Assembly: GCA_017881725.1 (NCBI GenBank)
Contig: JADGQO010000026.1
Coordinates: 5,370 to 69,369, forward strand
Length of the DNA stretch: 64,000 bases
Reading direction: 5' to 3'
Source of the DNA: Fibrobacteria bacterium
Lineage (GTDB): Bacteria > Fibrobacterota > Fibrobacteria > UBA11236
The position numbers and the translations under genes are program-made. The notes under the pieces were generated by a model, which was given only the letters and a program-made list of their open reading frames with translations, was not told the DNA's origin and made no database searches. Below, in pieces: positions 59,358 through 64,000 of the stretch (position 1 is the stretch's first letter; every line of letters starts with the position of its first letter).

Positions 59358-62300
59358 CTAGTCGTCGGGTTGTTCGGCCGGAAGTTGGGTGGTATCCGGT
59401 ACTGACGGTCCCAAAAGCATTTGGGAAAGGAATTGCGAACTCAGGGGCGGCTTTTGCGAACGAACGAGCGAGGAAGGCAGCGACATGCGACCAAAACGGG
59501 GTTCGTCCAATGCCATCGGAAATCCGTCCGGACGCTCCGTCGAGGGCGGAGGAGCCTCCAGCAACGGCTTTAAGCTAGGTTGCAAAAGACGCAGTATCTG
59601 CACCGGCATGGAACTGGTGAAATCATATTTCTTCGCGACCTCCCCATGTACATGCGCCGTGACGGTGCCGAAAAACCGGCTGCCGAGAAAGAAGACGAAT
59701 GTGGCGGTCCGATTTACGGCTCGCGATTCCAGGAGCTGCCCTCCCTTACTGAACGTTTCAAACCGTTGATCCCCCGTGCCGGTTTTGCCGCCGAGGGGAA
59801 TAAATCCGCCCCTGCCGTCCGGAAAGGCATGGAAACCGCGTACGGCCGTGCCGTGTTCCACGACGTCCAACAGCAAGGGCCTTAGGGCTTGGCACACTTC
59901 CAAGCTGAGCAAGCGGCGGGAAACCGTATCACCCAGGGCCCAATCGGATTCAAAAGGGGTGCCCTCCGCCAAGCGAAGCCGGTCGATCAGGACCGAAGGG
60001 TAGCGGATGCCGTCGTTCATGATCAGTCCGACCAACTCAGCGAGCGCATTGGGACGATCCGCCGAGCTGCCGATAGCCGTCGCGTAGGAGGGAACCAGGG
60101 AACTGAAGGGGTAACCTACACGTTGCCATGCCTTATGGATTTCGAGGAATGCCTCCAACTCCATGATGGTTTTTATCCGGATGTCCTGCGCGGACCGATG
60201 ACGGGTTGTAAAAAGCCATTGATAGGTTTCCTGAATTTGGTCCCGGGACGCTTCCTTGGCCTGCGACCATGACGCGCCTGGGTGGGCGCGGAGAAAACCC
60301 ACTAACCACAGTTCCAACGGATGCACTCCCGCCGAAAATCCCAAATCGGCTAACCCCAGGTTCTCGCGTTTGAATTGTTCGCGGAGGGATTCAAACTGAC
60401 GGACGGGAAATAACGAGTCGCCCAATTGGGCGCGCATGAAACCGAAATACGATGCGCTGTCCGAGTTGGGCGCCAGATACAGGTAGGCCGAGGCCAAGCG
60501 CCTGGGCACGGGCCGGAAACTTTGAAAGAATGCGTCCATGACCCCTTCCCGGTTCATGCCCCGGTACTTGCGGAAAAAACGGCCGAGAAAGGTCTGGCCC
60601 TCCTGTTCGGCGAAACGCGCCAGGTAAACCCTGCGTTCCGGCGATTCCGAGGAATCCATCAGTGTTGCCCGACTCACTTCGGCTTGCGCGATATGATAAT
60701 TGACGACGTCGCGCATCAACCGGATGAAGACCAGGTTCACCGAATGGCGGAAGGCTTCCTTGACCGATTGCACGCCGCCCTCATTGGCTTCGAAATTGAC
60801 GAAGGTGTGCACGCCGCTGCCGGTAAAAAATTTCTCGCGGGTGTCACCGGAGTATTTCCGCTCCAAGGAGGCATCCAGAAACGCCGGCAATGCGGGGTCT
60901 TTCGCGCCCGATAAATAATCCGCGGCCCATCGGGTCAATTCATCCAAACCGTTTTTCGCCAGCGCCTGATTGTCGGCCACCGGTTTTCCCGCCAGGCGAT
61001 GATGAAGCTCCGACATGATCTCCAGATAATGCACCAGGGTGCGCAACTTGGCCGTCGAGCCCAGGTCCAGTTTTACGCCTTCATTAATGTTCAGGGGCTG
61101 GTCGTAATTGTCCGCCTGCACGCGCAACAGGTTGCGCCCGGCGAAAGTCTCGTACAAGGTAAAGCTGTATACGACGCGCGTCGGATCGCCCTTATCCAGC
61201 ATCCGGAAGGATTTCAATCCCACCGAATCGACGAAGGCCGGTGAAGCCAGTTTTTGCAAAAACCGTACGACATCCATTTGCACCTTTCCGTCCAAGCTGG
61301 TGCCTACGGTCAAATCGAGTCGATCCAAATCATACAGACGCGGCAAGCCCAACATTCCGGCCAGGGTATTCCGCACGGCGTCCACATGCTTGCGCTCCAC
61401 GAAATCCTCCGGAGTCGAGCCGCCATGCCGCCGCAATTCCGGATGGGCGGCCAAAGCGGCGTCGCGCAACTGGGGGCTGATCACGCCTTCACGCCCCAAA
61501 ACGCGCAGGTAATTATCCCCGATGGAAACCAGCGCGTCGCGATGAAGAAGCAAATAGGAGGAAGGCCGACGATGGGCGATGAAAAGGTTGAGCACCTGGC
61601 GATAGCCTTTTCCCATGGCCGGCATGTCCACGCCGGTATCGATGCCCTGGGCATTCGGACCCCGCCCGACAGGCGCGCGCAGCAACCGCCCGATGGAGTC
61701 CAAAGACGCGCCGTACCAGGCAAGCATGCCGTCGTACAACCCGTTCACTTCGCCGTAACCGGGAAGCGCCGCCAAAGGAACCGTATTGACGTATTGAAGC
61801 ATGATCCCTTTACGCGCGGTTAGCGTGGACTCCCCGGCTTGATAGGCCCGCAGGCTGGCGGAGACCATTTGCCGGTATTTTTCGGAGGGACTCAGGGTCC
61901 GGCCTTCTTCGGAATGCTGGTACTTCTCCAACTGCGTCGCCAGCGTGCTGCCCCCGGGGACATTGCCGTTGCGGCCCAATTTCTGGCGAGCCAATTCCAT
62001 AACGGCCTTCGCCATGCGCGACCAATCCACGGCGGGATTCAAATACGGGTGCGCCGAATCCAACAAATCCTTGTTTTCGATGAACAGTAAGGTCTTGACG
62101 ATTTGCGGCGGAATGGAGTCGAAGGCGGGATAGACACGCAAGGGATAATTTCGCGCGAGCATGATTTCACCGCGACGATCCAAGAGACGCAGGCCCGCCT
62201 GGGTCTTTTCAGGATAGATGGGATTGATGCCGCGCCGGGATAGGGAGAGCATCCGTTCCGATGGGCGCGCTTGACCCGAGGACACGAAGCCTCGGCCCGC

Positions 62301-62660
62301 CAACGCCGCTCCGAACTCCTCCGCTTGGACATAGCCGCGCCGTTCATCCATCGGCCCATAGTCGGGATGGATGAGATGGCTTTGGGTCCCGGATTCAACG
62401 TTGTAGTGGATTTCCCCCACCAGGCGGTGGAGGTAACGCGCCTGTAACCTCGATGTGGCCATTTCCCGGAGAACGAAGATTGCACAAAGAATTCCAAAGA
62501 CCGACGCCGCTGCGGCGGAGAATTTCAAGGACCTCCGGTAGAACCGCTTCCACAGCAGGTCATCCAATACCAAAAAAGGATCTCCGACCGGTTTGGGCGT
62601 CGAATCCGTCGCGATGTCGTCGGCAGCGGCGGAAATTTGTCGATTATTTTTTTCGTTCAA
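59358..62660 (-). CDS. Large class A PBP-like protein (GT51 transglycosylase plus transpeptidase-like domain)
   Basis: LLFIEN, GGSTLATQL; STAK (SxxK), SVN (SxN), KTGT. Confidence 0.85.
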   Translation of the reverse strand: MNEKNNRQISAAADDIATDSTPKPVGDPFLVLDDLLWKRFYRRSLKFSAAAASVFGILCAIFVLREMATSRLQARYLHRLVGEIHYNVESGTQSHLIHPDYGPMDERRGYVQAEEFGAALAGRGFVSSGQARPSERMLSLSRRGINPIYPEKTQAGLRLLDRRGEIMLARNYPLRVYPAFDSIPPQIVKTLLFIENKDLLDSAHPYLNPAVDWSRMAKAVMELARQKLGRNGNVPGGSTLATQLEKYQHSEEGRTLSPSEKYRQMVSASLRAYQAGESTLTARKGIMLQYVNTVPLAALPGYGEVNGLYDGMLAWYGASLDSIGRLLRAPVGRGPNAQGIDTGVDMPAMGKGYRQVLNLFIAHRRPSSYLLLHRDALVSIGDNYLRVLGREGVISPQLRDAALAAHPELRRHGGSTPEDFVERKHVDAVRNTLAGMLGLPRLYDLDRLDLTVGTSLDGKVQMDVVRFLQKLASPAFVDSVGLKSFRMLDKGDPTRVVYSFTLYETFAGRNLLRVQADNYDQPLNINEGVKLDLGSTAKLRTLVHYLEIMSELHHRLAGKPVADNQALAKNGLDELTRWAADYLSGAKDPALPAFLDASLERKYSGDTREKFFTGSGVHTFVNFEANEGGVQSVKEAFRHSVNLVFIRLMRDVVNYHIAQAEVSRATLMDSSESPERRVYLARFAEQEGQTFLGRFFRKYRGMNREGVMDAFFQSFRPVPRRLASAYLYLAPNSDSASYFGFMRAQLGDSLFPVRQFESLREQFKRENLGLADLGFSAGVHPLELWLVGFLRAHPGASWSQAKEASRDQIQETYQWLFTTRHRSAQDIRIKTIMELEAFLEIHKAWQRVGYPFSSLVPSYATAIGSSADRPNALAELVGLIMNDGIRYPSVLIDRLRLAEGTPFESDWALGDTVSRRLLSLEVCQALRPLLLDVVEHGTAVRGFHAFPDGRGGFIPLGGKTGTGDQRFETFSKGGQLLESRAVNRTATFVFFLGSRFFGTVTAHVHGEVAKKYDFTSSMPVQILRLLQPSLKPLLEAPPPSTERPDGFPMALDEPRFGRMSLPSSLVRSQKPPLSSQFLSQMLLGPSVPDTTQLPAEQPDD

Positions 62661-62819
62661 GCCGGTTCTCTCACAAGCGGCGTTTGTACCTGCCGCGTCG
62701 ATGGAGTATATTGTAACATCTCCGACAGGACCAATGCGCCTTCACACGAATCACGCGGGATGGAAATTGAAAATAGGCTTTTCACACGCTGAAGCGATGG
62801 ATTCTTTCCAGGCCCGACA

Positions 62820-63356
62820 ATGATTCCGGTCCATTCAGGCGATAGCGAGGACGCCGGCGGCACGCCATTCGGCGTCCAGGTGCTGGCGTTCTTTTGCGGG
62901 TTGGTCGTCGCCTTCATGGGACAAAAATCCATGCGGCAGGATGTGGTCCGCATCAAAGCCATGACCCATCTGGAAAGCTACCTGGAAACTCCCGGACATT
63001 TTCTCAAGGTCGCCGTTCGCCGCGATTCCTCCGGCGGAGCCGACGATTATTATCCCGACCTCCTTTTTGAATATTTCATTGACGGGAAAAGCGTTTGGGG
63101 TTGGCAGCTTTCCTACGAACAAGAACCGCGTCCCAAAGCCTATTGGGAGTCGCGGCTGGGGGCTTATCATGTCGGCGAATTGGTCAATGTCTACTATGAT
63201 TCCGGAAAGCCCAAGGATTCCATCATCGAAAAAAAACATGACAGCATGTACCGCACCTGGATGAAACTTTTGCTCGGCGCGGGATTCTTCGCCATCGGAG
63301 CCGTGCTGTTCCTGCTTCCCTTAGGCAATTTTTTACGATCACTAAGTAAGCGGTGA
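62820..63356 (+). CDS. DUF3592-like membrane protein
   Basis: TM, YYP...YFIDGK, YHVGELVNVYYD..KP..S, TM. Confidence 0.7.
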   Translation: MIPVHSGDSEDAGGTPFGVQVLAFFCGLVVAFMGQKSMRQDVVRIKAMTHLESYLETPGHFLKVAVRRDSSGGADDYYPDLLFEYFIDGKSVWGWQLSYEQEPRPKAYWESRLGAYHVGELVNVYYDSGKPKDSIIEKKHDSMYRTWMKLLLGAGFFAIGAVLFLLPLGNFLRSLSKR

Positions 63357-63452
63357 TCCGAGTGATCGGGCTTGCCGCCTTTCGGCCTCGGCCTCGATGT
63401 CAACTGTGGCGGCCCGGGAAAAATTCCGCTGCGGCCCGTCAAGCTGGCTTCG

Positions 63453-64000
63453 TTAAAAGATGAACCCCGCCATGATGGCCACCACGGCCGTCTTCACGTC
63501 GACGCGTTTGGTCTTATCGAGGGAGTTTTGTCCCAAGTTGAACCGAATCTGAAAAGACCCCAAGCCCCATTCCACTCCCCCGCCGAAACAAAAGCTGTAA
63601 TCGAAATCCACCAGGTCATCCTTCGCGATCAACGGCTTTCCGGTTATTGCCTGGACGGTTCCGCCCGTGTCGATGGCGACGATGTCGGCATAGGAATCCT
63701 TCTTGAAAAAATAGGCGACTGAGGGGCCGGCGAAAAATATCGGCGTGACTTCCGAGCCGGTGGGAGCCGTCACCTTCAAAAGCAAAGGCATTTCCAAACC
63801 ATGCAGGGTCAGGACGTTCGGTTGGGGATAACCGCCGGCATAGGTTAGTATCGATCCGCTTTTGCTGACGTACAGTAAATCAGTTTCCAAACCCAGAAAT
63901 ACCGGAAGGTGGAGTGCCAAGGTGAATCCCGTGGTAGGCCAAACCGCCATGTTGAATTCCTTGACTTGATCCCCCCAAAAAGACGCGCCGGTTAATCCTC
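63453..64000 (-). CDS. Outer-membrane beta-barrel (porin-family) protein, partial
   Basis: Frame open to the window edge; LEMPLLLK, FAGP, terminal AGFIF. Confidence 0.7.
   Translation of the reverse strand, partial: GLTGASFWGDQVKEFNMAVWPTTGFTLALHLPVFLGLETDLLYVSKSGSILTYAGGYPQPNVLTLHGLEMPLLLKVTAPTGSEVTPIFFAGPSVAYFFKKDSYADIVAIDTGGTVQAITGKPLIAKDDLVDFDYSFCFGGGVEWGLGSFQIRFNLGQNSLDKTKRVDVKTAVVAIMAGFIF

Overview
64 kb of GC-rich bacterial chromosome. The rplM-rpsI-rpsB-tsf gene order, a group II GGGP synthase and a cadherin-like beta-sandwich lipoprotein suggest the FCB superphylum, possibly Fibrobacterota; this is inference only. The left part is housekeeping (alaS, GGGPS, rplM-rpsI-rpsB-tsf-pyrH-frr-uppS-cdsA, dxr-rseP, purD). 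An ~8 kb signalling island separates cdsA from dxr: a TonB-dependent receptor, CheX, a CheY-like receiver, a membrane-bound CheA-like kinase lacking CheW, and two periplasmic-binding-like proteins. The centre (27.5-54.3 kb) is a type VI secretion spike/effector locus without tube, sheath or baseplate genes. It has ClpV, two VgrG modules, three DUF2169 proteins, a PAAR-like gene in frame with an Rhs toxin carrying an ADP-ribosyltransferase-like tip, duplicated immunity genes, and a PG-binding metalloprotease effector/immunity pair. A decayed cargo zone between the VgrG modules holds an internally deleted IS5-like element and pseudogenes. The locus is flanked by a membrane Ser/Thr kinase and an FHA-lytic transglycosylase fusion. 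The right end has envelope genes. I saw no rRNA, tRNA or CRISPR array. All family calls come from motif recognition by eye; no searches were run.
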